NCBI RefSeq assembly: GCF_009914755.1
Contig: NC_060925.1
DNA from: the human T2T-CHM13v2.0 reference genome, Homo sapiens
Strand: one strand, 5' to 3'
Length of the DNA: 64,000 bases
Below are positions 1 to 18,445 of the stretch, one piece after another. The position numbers were made by a program, and so were the translations under genes. Every line of letters starts with the position of its first letter. The first letter of the stretch is position 1. Below the pieces are notes generated by a model, which did not search any database, was not told the origin of the DNA, and worked only from the letters and a program-made list of their open reading frames with translations.

Positions 1-208
1 GTTCTCCATTTTCTCATAGCTGAAAGTTTTTAATTTATCTTTTATGTAATTATATATATTCATATCACCATCCATCAAGCTGGTTTTTAAAACTGAAAAT
101 TATTTCATATTTTTAGGAAGCTACTCGATTGCATGTATGTAAGGCCAGCTCATTTTAATCTCATATTAAGTTAATCAAGTAAAGACCTTTATAAAAAAGA
201 AGATTTTG

Positions 209-820
<612 letters not shown>

Positions 821-887
821 AAAGAAGATTTTGAATTGTAAGGCAACCCACATTGTTAAACTTCATTTTATTTTATTTTTATTTGAA

Positions 888-1024
888 GTTTTTATTTGTA
901 AAAATATAGAAACAGGGTTTCAATATGTCACCCAGGCTGATCTTGACCTCCTGAGCTCAAGTGATCCTCCTGCCTCAGCCTCCCAAAGTGTCACGATTAC
1001 AGGTGTGAGGCACTTTGCCTGGCC
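888..1024 (-). mobile_element. Alu monomer (FLAM/AluJ left arm)
   Basis: Diverged left-arm sequence ending cctggcc. Confidence 0.75.
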
Positions 1025-1403
1025 AATTAAACTTTAAATCAACATTATAAGAAGGCTCTTCTGTAGTATCAAAGTATCCATATTGTGTCAACAAGTTATT
1101 AATAACTTCAGATTCCCTTGTCATCCTTCTATTTGTATGATATGATGAGACTCATTGTGCTAAATTGTCAGTCCTCTTAAAGCCAGTTGGTATTTACCTG
1201 AGACGTTCTATGAGGATTTTATGCCGTATGTATAATTGAGAACTGCAGTAGAGAGTATAAAATAGATATATAATATAAATCAAATTATGTTTATCATAAA
1301 ATAGATCTTGTCAGATGAATGAGGATTTCTAGAAGAAAGCCTTTGAAATTATGTCTTTGTACTTATGCTGTTCTAATGTTTCTTATTTCTATATTCATTG
1401 CAG

Positions 1404-1530
1404 ATGCACAGTAATCAAAAGGGCTTACTTCCAGAGCCAAATCCAGTACAAATTATGAAAAGTTTAAACAACCCTGCCATGTTGCAAGTTCTTCTACAGC
1501 CCCAGTTATGTGGACGAGCTGTTAAACCAG
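1404..1530 (+). CDS. RAVER2: RAVER2 exon 5 (MHSNQKGLLPEPNPVQ...GRAVKP)
   Basis: ttgcag|ATG acceptor, CAG|gtatgg donor, 127 nt; GLLPEP motif at 1422-1439. Confidence 0.93.
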
Positions 1531-2164
1531 GTATGGACCATGTATGTATACTGATTAATTAAAGAATGCTAGCATGAAGTTAATTTTTTCACATGTGAAA
1601 TATGGAAAAATACATTGATTTGTGAAAAATATATTTAAATTAGTATAAAATATTTAATTTTTCTAGGACCTGTTAATGAATTTTAACAATAATCTGAGGT
1701 GATATATTTTGACTATTTTTGACATATACAACCTGCTTATGTGGTATTTTTTACTATTAATAAATGCTAAATATCAAACCTTCTGTTTAGCTCTTAGTTG
1801 ACATGAATTTATAGACCAAGGTAAAGGTTAACACACTACATTGTTATAACCTATATTAACAAAGAATTAATACTCTTCTATGTAATATTTTTAGCAGAAT
1901 TATTTTGTTGAAAAGTGCCAAGTGTTTGTTTCCTCTTTGTTCTTCCCCTTTTTGTTGTAAAATTGTTTCACTTTGTAGCAAATGATGAAAACATTATTAT
2001 TTTCTAAGTGTTATGCAAATCTTTATAATATCAGTATACATTAAATATCTACCTATTTAGTATTCTTTCTCTAGTAAGAGCTTACCTTCTGTGCATTCTG
2101 AAATGTACAACTTTTTATGTACAAAAATGTCTGTTTTAGCATTATGAGGAAATGAATGCCTATA

Positions 2165-2764
2165 CAGTGGTCTCCCCTTATCTATGTTCTTGTGTTCCAC
2201 AGTTTAGTTACCTGCAGTCTGAAAATATTAAGTGGAAAATTCCAAAAATAAACTACTTATAGGTTTTAAACTGCATGCTATCCTGAGTAGTGTGATGAAA
2301 TGTTTTGCCATTCTGCTTCTCCTGCCTTGGCTATGAATTACCCCTCTGTCCAGTGTACCTACTCTGTATACATTACCCACCCATTAATCACTTAGTAGCC
2401 TTCTTGGTTATCACATCACCTGTCATGGTATTGTAGTGCTTATGTTCGAGTAACCCTTATTTTCCTTAATAATGGCCCCAAAGCGCAAGAGTAGTGATGC
2501 TGGCAGTTTGGATATGCCAAAGAGAAGCTGCAAAGTGCATCCTTTCAGTGAAAAGGTTAAAACATTTCCAACTTAATAGGGAAAAACAAACTGTGTGCTG
2601 AAATTGCTAAGATCTACAGTAAGAATGTATTTTCTATCCATGAAATTATGAAGAAGGAAAATGAAGTTTGAACATAGCGTATATAAATTTTGGTACTATT
2701 TATGGTTTCAGGCATCCACTGGGGTTCTTGGAACATATCGCTCGCTGATAAGGGGGAACTAATG
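2165..2764. mobile_element. MER44-like (Tigger7-derived) non-autonomous DNA transposon
   Basis: TIR-like ends cagtggtctccccttatc / gataagggggaactaatg, flanked by TA. Confidence 0.75.
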
Positions 2765-2825
2765 TATTCAACATTTAAGTTTAGAGCAAATATGTATAGA
2801 GCAAATATATTAAATACATTTATTA

Positions 2826-3578
2826 TGTTTCAGTCCCAACTGGTCTAACACCAGCTCACCTACTGCAATTCAATTCTAGCACTAACTACCTGGAGTTAGC
2901 ACAGACCCCACAAGTTAAGAGCTCAATCTTCCATATGGCTGCCCCCACTTTAGACCTAGACACAAGTTCGGGGGATTCTCCAGGCCATGTGCACTTCTGA
3001 CCAACTAACTACAAATTTGGGAGTTCCCACAGTGCCCTCAGGTTCAATAGTTCAATAGAATGACTCACAGAACTTAGGAAAGCACTATGCTTATGAATAC
3101 AGTTTTATTATAAAGAGCACAGGCAAGGGAAGATACACTTAGGGAAAAGTCTTGGAGGGTCTTGAATGCAGAGCTTCTGTGTCCTCTACCCATCAAATCA
3201 GGCCATGTCACCCTCCCAACACATCAATATGTTTTCCAACTGGGGATCTCTACTGAACTTCGATGTCCAGAGTTTTTATTGGAGTTTCACTATGTCAGTG
3301 TGATTGATGGGCCCCATGATTGAACTCAGTCTCTAGTTTGCTTCCATTCCCTGGAAGTTAGAAGGTCAGGCTGATATCACATGATGCAAAGCTCCACCTC
3401 TCCTTATAGAGTTGGTCTTTCTGCACAGCCAGCCCTCATCCTGAAGCTATCTATGTGTCCATAATGAGTTACCTCAGTAGCATATCAAAGACACTCCTGT
3501 AACTCAAGAAAATACAAGGATTTAGAGTCTCCCTCAGGAACCAGGGACAAAGGCCAGTCAAATTCTTTATTATACAAC
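2826..3578 (-). mobile_element. MER21-like LTR
   Basis: Minus strand begins tgttgtataataaagaatttg...ctttgtccctggttcctg, resembling the recalled MER21 consensus. Confidence 0.6.
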
Positions 3579-4914
3579 AATATTCATATTCAGTACTTCA
3601 TATAATTATTTGTGTGTAAGAAGCAGCTTTGGTAGTTTTCTGGCTCAGGCTATTATGCAATTAGATATCTCTTTTACAATTTTAATAGTATAGAGATACT
3701 CTTTTTTGTCTTGACAACATGAAGGATTAGAAGCTCATTACTTCCCAAGGCAGCCTATTCCCTGGTTTGACAGTTTCAGTTACTGGAAAGTTTTTATATT
3801 ACTAATATAAGTAATTTTTAGCCACTTATTCTGGTTCCACCTCTGAAGAAATACAGGATAAATGTATTCCTTCTTGCATAATAAAAGCCTCCTAATATTT
3901 GAAGACAACTACCATGAAACCTCAGTCATTTTTTATTTTACCTGTCTTCTTTTCTCCAGACCAGTTCTTTTTTTTACAATGCAACTTTATCAGTAAAATA
4001 AATTTTGAGCAGAGCCCCAGTATATACCATATATGTAAAAGATGTCAGTTAAACAGATGGACCATTGACAATCCATATATTTAGAAATGATCAAACCTAA
4101 TGTTTTCCTTTTTTAAGATGAAAGTAAACATAAATAGAGATGGTATTTTTTTCTGCAATTCTCTTTTTATACATCTTATATCTCTTTGCAGATTACAGTT
4201 CTATATTTGACTTCCCATAACATGTCACAGGACATGTGCTTTAAATCCCCCACAAGTTGTTCTCTTGTGGATATAGTCTAGGTCTTCTGGGTTGTCCCAA
4301 AATATGATGTGCACAGACACAAACATATTCTGTATATTGGTTTTGATTAACACAGAATGCAGTGGGATTTCCTTCCTATTATCATTATATTTCCCTTAAT
4401 GCAGTCCAAGATTATGTATTAGTGTCTAAAGAAGTATACCACATTCTTAGGTCTTTTAGAAAGTATCATCTCCCTCTTTGGACTCTGGGCTATCTTTACT
4501 AATTCATCTCAAGTATTATTTTTGTCTCTTCTTTTCATCTAAGACTAAATATTCTCCACTCTGCTGTTCTACTCAGATTAATGTATGGCCATATGGCAGT
4601 AGACTTCTTTATACTTAGTGCTTTCTCAATTTTAAGATGTTTGAATATTACACTGATGCAGAAGTTATTTCATAAGCATAGCTTTTTCTTGTGTGGGGTG
4701 GAAAGGGAAGAGGATTAAATCACTGCCTCACTTGAGCACATACATAGCTGGAAAATGTGTGGAAAGTTTCTTGATGTTGAGAAAAAAAGACAGTGTCTTG
4801 TTAATCAATAAATTCCGTTTATTTTTCTTTTACTATGTCCTTTACTATATCATAACTGTAGCCTTGCTATATCCTGAACTCCTCACAAAGGCCTTCTCTG
4901 AGCCAACTAAATTA

Positions 4915-5325
<411 letters not shown>

Positions 5326-5569
5326 CTATTTCTACCACTAAAATGGAAGCTCCAACTGCTATTAGATTAATTTCCCTCCCAGGTCCAATTTTGATTATGT
5401 TACTCTGACCAAGCTGATCTTTTCTCTTCAATCTAGACCTTTTAACTACCTTCAAAAATACAATAAATATAATTATTCTAGACTTCTTTATGTATGTGTG
5501 TGTTCCTAATTTAACTGTTGTGTAATCACTTGATAGTATAAACTGTATTTTTTTAGGATAAACTATTTT

Positions 5570-9790
<4,221 letters not shown>

Positions 9791-9932
9791 GTTTATATGT
9801 TTAACAAAATATATTTTAAGTTGCCAAGTGGGTTTGTATTTTCTGTTATCTTGGAAAATCCTTTTCTGATATTTGCAGTATTACTACTGGCTACTCCATC
9901 AATAATGTGTGACTTTAAAGTAATGTAGTTTT

Positions 9933-10567
9933 TTTTTTTCTTTTTTTTTTTATTATACTTTAAGTTTTAGGGTACATGTGCACATTGTGCAGGTTAGTTA
10001 CATATGTATACATGTGCCACGCTGGTGTGCTGCAGCCACTAACTCGTCATCTAGCATTAGGTATATCTCCCAATGCTATCCCTCCCCCCTCCCCCCACCC
10101 CACCACAGTCCCCAGCGTGTGATATTCCCCTTCCTGTGTCCATGTGATCTCATTGTTCAATTCCCACCTATGAGTGAGAATATGCAGTGTTTGGTTTTTT
10201 GTTCTTGCGATAGTTTACTGAGAATGATGATTTCCAATTTCATCCATGTCCCTACAAAGGACATGAACTCATCATTTTTTATGGCTGCATAGTATTCCAT
10301 GGTGTATATGTGCCACATTTTCTTAATCCAGTCTATCATTGTTGGACATTTGGGTTGGTTCCAAGTCTTTGCTATTGTGAATAATGCCGCAATAAACATA
10401 TGTGTGCATGTGTCTTTATAGCAGCATGATTTATAGTCCTTTGGGTATATACCCAGTAATGGGATGGCTGGGTCAAATGGTATTTCTAGTTCTAGATCCC
10501 TGAGGAATCGCCACACTGACTTCCACAATGGTTGAACTAGTTTACAGTCCCACCAACAATGTAAAAG
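9933..10567 (-). mobile_element. 5'-truncated young L1 (L1PA2-like)
   Basis: ORF2 C-terminus readable (ORF 10157..10612), 3'UTR, polyT; TSD tgtagtttt; GAG rather than ACA at the Ta-diagnostic site. Confidence 0.9.
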
Positions 10568-10809
10568 TGTAGTTTTAAAAGTGTTTTGATATCTGTTATT
10601 TGTGGTTTCCATAATAGTTTTTTGAGGGAAGAGACTTCTATTAATCTTTCATAGGTAATACATCTAGGGCTTTGTAATTTAGATGTATTTCCCCAGGTGG
10701 TCATTAATTTAACAAGAAGGGATGTGTCTTAAAAACTCTATTTTTTGTACTTCAACTACAGAATTTGAAAAAAATTAACTCCTCCACTCAAGTTTTTTTC
10801 CATTAAGAA

Positions 10810-12560
<1,751 letters not shown>

Positions 12561-13010
12561 GTACTGAAGTTATTTGTCTAAGTCAAGTAATATTTTCCCT
12601 AATTTTCTACATTTAATTCCCTATCACTTGCAGAGGAGTTCTTTTCCGTGTACCAGTTTTCCACTCAAAAATGCCTTTTTCCTCATTGAAGTAGATAATA
12701 GAATTCTAAGTGAGTCATCTTCCATATATCCTCACATTATCATAACTTTCCTAAAATTATGCTAGAATTAAACATTCCCTCCAATCCTGTGTACTCTGGG
12801 CACTTCCTCCTTTGCTAGAGAGAATATTGAAAACTGTTGAATTAAATAGTTTCCTATGATTATCTCACTGATATCATTCTACTCCTGAAACCAAGAAGTT
12901 GGATCATTCTTGTCTTCTGAGGTGGTCCCAATGTAGACTTAGATGGATACTAAAAAATTTGGTTACAATGAGGATTTATTTCATTTATTTATTTATTTTA
13001 CCTTTCATAG

Positions 13011-13469
<459 letters not shown>

Positions 13470-13602
13470 TAAATATATTTTCTATCTCATGGTCCTCTTT
13501 GTGTCTCTATATTATCTATTCTAAAAACATCCTCCCTTTTTTTTTTTTTAAAGTCAGAGCAAGTTTATTAAGAAAGGGAAGCAATAAAGAATGGCTGCTC
13601 CA

Positions 13603-13899
13603 GGCCGGGCGCGGTGGCTCACGCCTGTAATCCTAGCACTTTGGGAGGCCAAGGCAGGTGGATCTCAAGGTCAGGAGTTCAAGACCAGCCTGGCCAACAT
13701 GGTGAAACCCCATCTCTACTAAAATACAAAAATTAGCTGAGCATGGTTGTGAGCGCCTGTAATCCCAGCTACTTGGGAGGCTGAGGCAGGAGAATCTCTT
13801 GAACCCAGGAGGCCGGAGGTTGCAGTGAGCTGAGATCGTGCCATTGCACTCCAGCCTGGGCAATAGAGTGTGACTCTGTCTCAAAAACAAACAAACAAA
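13603..13899 (+). mobile_element. AluS nested in MER41
   Basis: TSD aaagaatggctgctcca at 13586-13602 and 13900-13916. Confidence 0.92.
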
Positions 13900-14016
13900 A
13901 AAGAATGGCTGCTCCATAGGCAGAACAGTGGCATGGGCCACTGGTTGCCCATTTTTATGGTTATTTCTTTATTATCTTGATTATGTGCTAAACAAGAGGT
14001 GGATTATTCATGAATT

Positions 14017-14046
14017 TTCCAGGAAAATGGTGGGCAATTCCCAGAA
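14017..14046. promoter_or_regulatory. Tandem GAS (STAT-binding) motifs TTCCAGGAA and TTCCCAGAA
   Basis: Two TTCN3GAA matches at 14017-14025 and 14038-14046 inside the MER41 U3; activity not shown. Confidence 0.55.
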
Positions 14047-14990
14047 CTGAGGGTTCCTGCCCTTTTTAGACCATATAGGGTAACTTTCACACGTTGCCGT
14101 GGCATTTGTAAACTGTCATGGTACTGGTGGGAGTGTAGCAATGAGGACGGCCAGAGATCACTCTTGTCACCATCTTGGTTTTGGTAGGTTTTAGCCGGCT
14201 TCTTTATTGCACCTTGTTTTATTAGCAAGGGCTTTATAACCTGTATCTTGTGCTGACCTCCTGTCTCATCCTATGACTTAGAATGCCTAAATTACTGGGA
14301 ATGCAGCTCAGCAGGTCTCAGCCTTATTTTACCTAACTTCTATTCAAGATGGAGGCACTCTGGTTCAAACATCTCTGACACCCCCCACCTGCTCCCTTTT
14401 GTAAGTTTTCCATTCTAAAAACATCCCTTTTGAAATGTACTCTGGTATTTAGACTCTTAGACGCGATTATGAGTATTGTTACCATTTATTCTTTTTATGT
14501 CTGTGTACAGTTTTGCAGTTTCTTTTGATTTTATTATGTAAATATTTTTGTGTACATGTATTGTCTTCTCAATTGGATTTTATGTAAGCTTTTCAAGGAC
14601 AAGGATTGTATCTTGTCCCCTACTCCTACCCTCTGCCAAAATCCCTGAAATACCAAAAAAACACTGAATAAATAACATGGGTTCAATGAGTATTGTGCTT
14701 ATTAAAGGTGGATGTGTTTTGTTGCACTAAATTCTAGAGAAAATTAAGCCTAGGTTTGGAGTTTTACAATTATGGCAGAAGGCTTTTGAATTTTAAAGCA
14801 AATTCCAGGGTTGAATCTCAGGGAAAGGTACCTATCACTTTTGACCAATGACAAGGTCACTATATCATTGAACTTTCAGTGGATTTGTTAATAGTTTAAA
14901 GAAATATTCATTTACCCTTTTCGAAGCTTGGTTTTTAAAAATTTTTAATTCCATATATAAATTAAAGTTTTTACTTTTATTTTCTCAAAG

Positions 14991-15076
14991 CCGTTCTTGG
15001 AACACCTCACAGCTTGCCACATCTGATGAATCCATCCATCTCTCCTGCATTTTTACATTTGAATAAAGCACATCAG
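14991..15076 (+). CDS. RAVER2: RAVER2 exon 6 (AVLGTPHSLPHLMNPS...NKAHQ)
   Basis: tttctcaaag| acceptor, CAG|gtacat donor, 86 nt; phase matches exon 5. Confidence 0.92.
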
Positions 15077-15699
15077 GTACATAAATAACATTGAGTACTG
15101 AAGCATTAAATATTCGGAGTGAATATTTTGTTTGTTCTTAACACTTAAAGTTCTCAAGAAATTAAATGAGTATTTTGCTTTTAAAGAAAATCTTTAATAA
15201 TAAGTATAGGTATGTAAAATCATAACTTATTGAGTATATCAGATTCAATTAAGCTAGCCAAAGCAGTAGTTATGTACCATGATAAATATTATTGATTCCA
15301 ATTTGTATGGCATTAAGAAGGAAAGTGGTATATTTTTTTCTAGATAATAAATAAGTTGTTCAAGACACGGCTTCTTATGTGGTCTTAACTCAAAAAAGTA
15401 TTTCTAGAAAGAAAATATAAATGAACAGTAACTTAATTTTTAAAATTTAATGACTATTATAAAAAATAACTCATGTATATGAGAATAGAGTATGTTTCCT
15501 ACCTTTTTTAGATAAATATTTTAAATGTGTGTTTATAGATTTAAATGTCTGTAATATTAGAGATAAGCATTACTCATTAATTTCAGGTACTGTTTAAGAA
15601 CATAGAATTCTAATTACAAATCAAACAATATATAATCGAATTTTAATATAAGTTGAATGAATGAATATCTGGTCCTAAATCCAGCTTTTATTTTTCATC

Positions 15700-16480
15700 C
15701 TTAGAATCTAACACAGGACTTGGTGATACATTATAGAGTTTTTATTCATTCATTTACTCAATGTATTTTATTGAGTATCTGACATATATGTATTAGACAT
15801 TGTGCTAATCATTGAGGCTACTGTGTGGAATGTAACATTTAAAGTCTATGTTATTATAGAATTTCAACCAGTAGGGAAAACACATTAAACAGTTAATTAC
15901 AATAAGGAGTGGAGAGTAATATGAGAGGGGAAGTTCAGAGTATTGATAATATTCCCTGTGTTTTAAGAGAAACACCAAAATGCATTACCTTTAAGGCCCA
16001 TACATTTGAGCTGGCCCCTCCTGCCTCTCAACTCACTGCAGATCGCTGTCCCACTACAACAGCCTGGTTTTGGTCCTCAAAGGACCTTGTTTTTTCCTCC
16101 TTTGGTCTTTTCTCCTGCTGGTCCTTCTTCCTGGAACGCTTCCCACCCCAACATCACCTAATTCCCTCCCAGACTTCAACTACAGCCTTCAGATTGCAGT
16201 ACAATAATTAGTTCCTCCAAGAAACCTTCCTTGAATCTTCCAGGCTAAATAGCATTCCTCCACTATTTGTTCTTATAGCCCCCTGTATTTTTCCTTCATG
16301 TGATTACCATGTGTAATCATGTGTTTTTTTTATTAATTAATGGCTCCCTTCCTTAGGGGATTGTAAGATCTATGAGGGCAGATCTTATTGTACTTCTCAC
16401 TAAGTAGCACAGTGCCTAGAACATAGAAAGTGCTCAATAAACCTTTGTTGAATGATTAAATGAATAAATAAATGAATGAA
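15700..16480. mobile_element. L2 remnants
   Basis: L2 3'-end motifs (cattcatttactcaatgtattttattgag; gcacagtgcctagaacatagaaagtgctcaataaa...gaatgaatg). Confidence 0.6.
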
Positions 16481-16748
16481 TAGAATGTCACTGTCATTGA
16501 AACCAAAAAGGGTTGAGAGGAGGGAACGAAGGATGAAATAATGTAGAATTATTTCATGACTGCATGGCCCCCTCTTGTGTATTATTAAAATAATTAATTA
16601 GCTTTGTCTGATAAGTTGGAGAGTGAAATATGTTTAGAAGCAGTTACTTTTACTCAGATCGACTGGAGAATTGAACTTCAAAATGAATTGGGTTATACAA
16701 CATGTAGCTTTTCAAAATTAAACTGACAACGTTTTGTCATTTTCACAG

Positions 16749-16853
16749 AGCTCAGTTATGGGTAATACTTCTAATTTATTCCTTCAGAATCTTTCTCATA
16801 TACCACTGGCACAACAACAATTAATGAAGTTTGAGAATATTCATACTAATAAT
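16749..16853 (+). CDS. RAVER2: RAVER2 exon 7 (SSVMGNTSNLFLQNLSHIPLAQQQ...HTNN); alternative in-frame acceptor at 16788
   Basis: tttcacag| acceptor, AAT|gtaagt donor, 105 nt; lies within ORF 16734..16958. Confidence 0.9.
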
Positions 16854-17005
16854 GTAAGTATGGTATCATTTTTTCTTTTAGAATCAGTTCATTTCTTTTC
16901 TAGAATCAGGCTGTGGATCAGGTTGTTTATGAATTTTCACGTGTGTAGCTTTTTTTAGGTTATATCTTATGGCCATGGGTCTTACCTTTTTTTCTTCTTT
17001 TGTAG

Positions 17006-17120
17006 AAACCCGGCTTACTTGGAGAGCCCCCAGCTGTGGTACTTCAGACTGCACTAGGGATAGGGTCAGTGCTTCCATTGAAAAAGGAGTTGGGACATCA
17101 TCATGGAGAAGCACATAAAA
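17006..17120 (+). CDS. RAVER2: RAVER2 exon 8 (KPGLLGEPPAVV...HHHGEAHK)
   Basis: Long polypyrimidine tract then tgtag|, donor |gtaaat, 115 nt; GLLGEPP PTB-interaction motif at 17012-17032. Confidence 0.93.
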
Positions 17121-18226
17121 GTAAATGATGTGTATTTACTGAGAAGTCAGTAAACAGTCAGGTTTGAGATTTAAAGATAGTTTACCTATGTTCTAATTTT
17201 ATTTACAGGGAGGTCAAATTTGAGTTTTATTTAGTCATTTAAAATTTTGAGAACCCTCTTGGCTTTTCGATTTTCAATATTGGTAAGTTACTGATGGACT
17301 TGCTTCCATGCCAAGATAAGACTTCCCCTATTGGATATGCTTTAATATTTTATGCAGGTTCACAGCAGTACAAGGTAAAGACACAGATCCATTTGAGACT
17401 GACATGCTGCCCACTGGGCTGACAGCACATATGGATCCATGTAATTATTGCTGGGATAAGAAACCATTCACTTTTATTTTTTAAAATCTAGTATTTATAA
17501 ATTTAAAGTTTGATTATTTATTTGTATTATTTAAAAAAATTTAACCTCTAAATCAGTAGTCAAAACTAATGTGTGTACTATGTGCTTCTAAAAACATGGC
17601 AAACAAAATAGCTTTTTTGGCAGGAAAACAGAAGCATGGTGTTATACTAAGACTTCTTATTTGAATGTGATTTTGAAGGGCATTTTCAGCTTGAAGCTTA
17701 ATTGAAATTTGCTTAGAAGTGAGCATGCTGAGTAAAAACAGAAGGGCCACCAATAATTTAAAAAAAAGTCAATTAAATATGCGTAGCTTACTTAACCTTT
17801 TGTCCAGTGATCAAATAACTTAGTTCTGACTGTTGAAATTGACTGGACAAAAGTTAAGCCAGTGAAGAAATTTTGTGATATCATGGGGTCTGTATTTCCA
17901 AAAAATTAAATTTTTTATGTCTAAAAGCTTATGCAAATATGTATTATTTGTGTTGGATTAACTAATAAATTATTTGCTTTAGTATATGCCGCTTTAAGAA
18001 CACTGAAAAGTCAGTGTCCAAATAACTATATTCTAAACGTTAGGGGAACCAAAGTATCCATCTCTAAATGATTATTACTAAAAATAATTGAAGAAATTTG
18101 TTTAGTAAATTTATAAAATGGTAAATCTGACTTAGTTGTCAAAATTAGCTTTTTCCATTTAATTTTGACCTATAGATTTTTTAAAAAGTGGAACGGTTCA
18201 GAATTTTCCTATTAAAACTTTTATTT

Positions 18227-18445
18227 GCCAGCCTGGGCAACATGACAAAACCCTGACTTTACTAAAATGCAAAAAATTAGCCAGGCATGCTGGCACACGC
18301 CTGTGGTCCCAGCTACTCAGGAGGCTGGGGTGGGAGAATCACCTAAGCCCAGGAAGTCGAGGCTGCAGTGAGCCATGATTGTGCCACTGCACTCCAGCCT
18401 TGGCGATGGGAATGAGACCCTGACTCAAAAAACAAACAAAAAAAC
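18227..18445 (+). mobile_element. 5'-truncated AluJ
   Basis: Partial left arm, J-type right arm and A-tail. Confidence 0.85.

Larger units (their letters stand above)
13537..14411 (-). mobile_element. MER41 ERV fragment (PPT + LTR U3-R + polyA), interrupted by AluS
   Basis: Minus-strand LTR starts tgtcagagatgtttgaaccagag at 14380 and follows the recalled MER41 consensus to aataaacttgct...cttta, then A13. Confidence 0.88.

Noticed and set aside
3690-4500. Possible ancient L3/CR1 remnant
   Set aside because: Too diverged to support by eye.
10157-10612. 151-aa ORF similar to the L1 ORF2p C-terminus (also 29111-29694 and 33411-33968)
   Set aside because: Fragments of 5'-truncated L1 copies with no promoter, ORF1 or RT domain; not autonomous.
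15062-15067. AATAAA inside RAVER2 exon 6
   Set aside because: Explained by Asn-Lys codons, and adjacent to a 5' splice site that should suppress cleavage.
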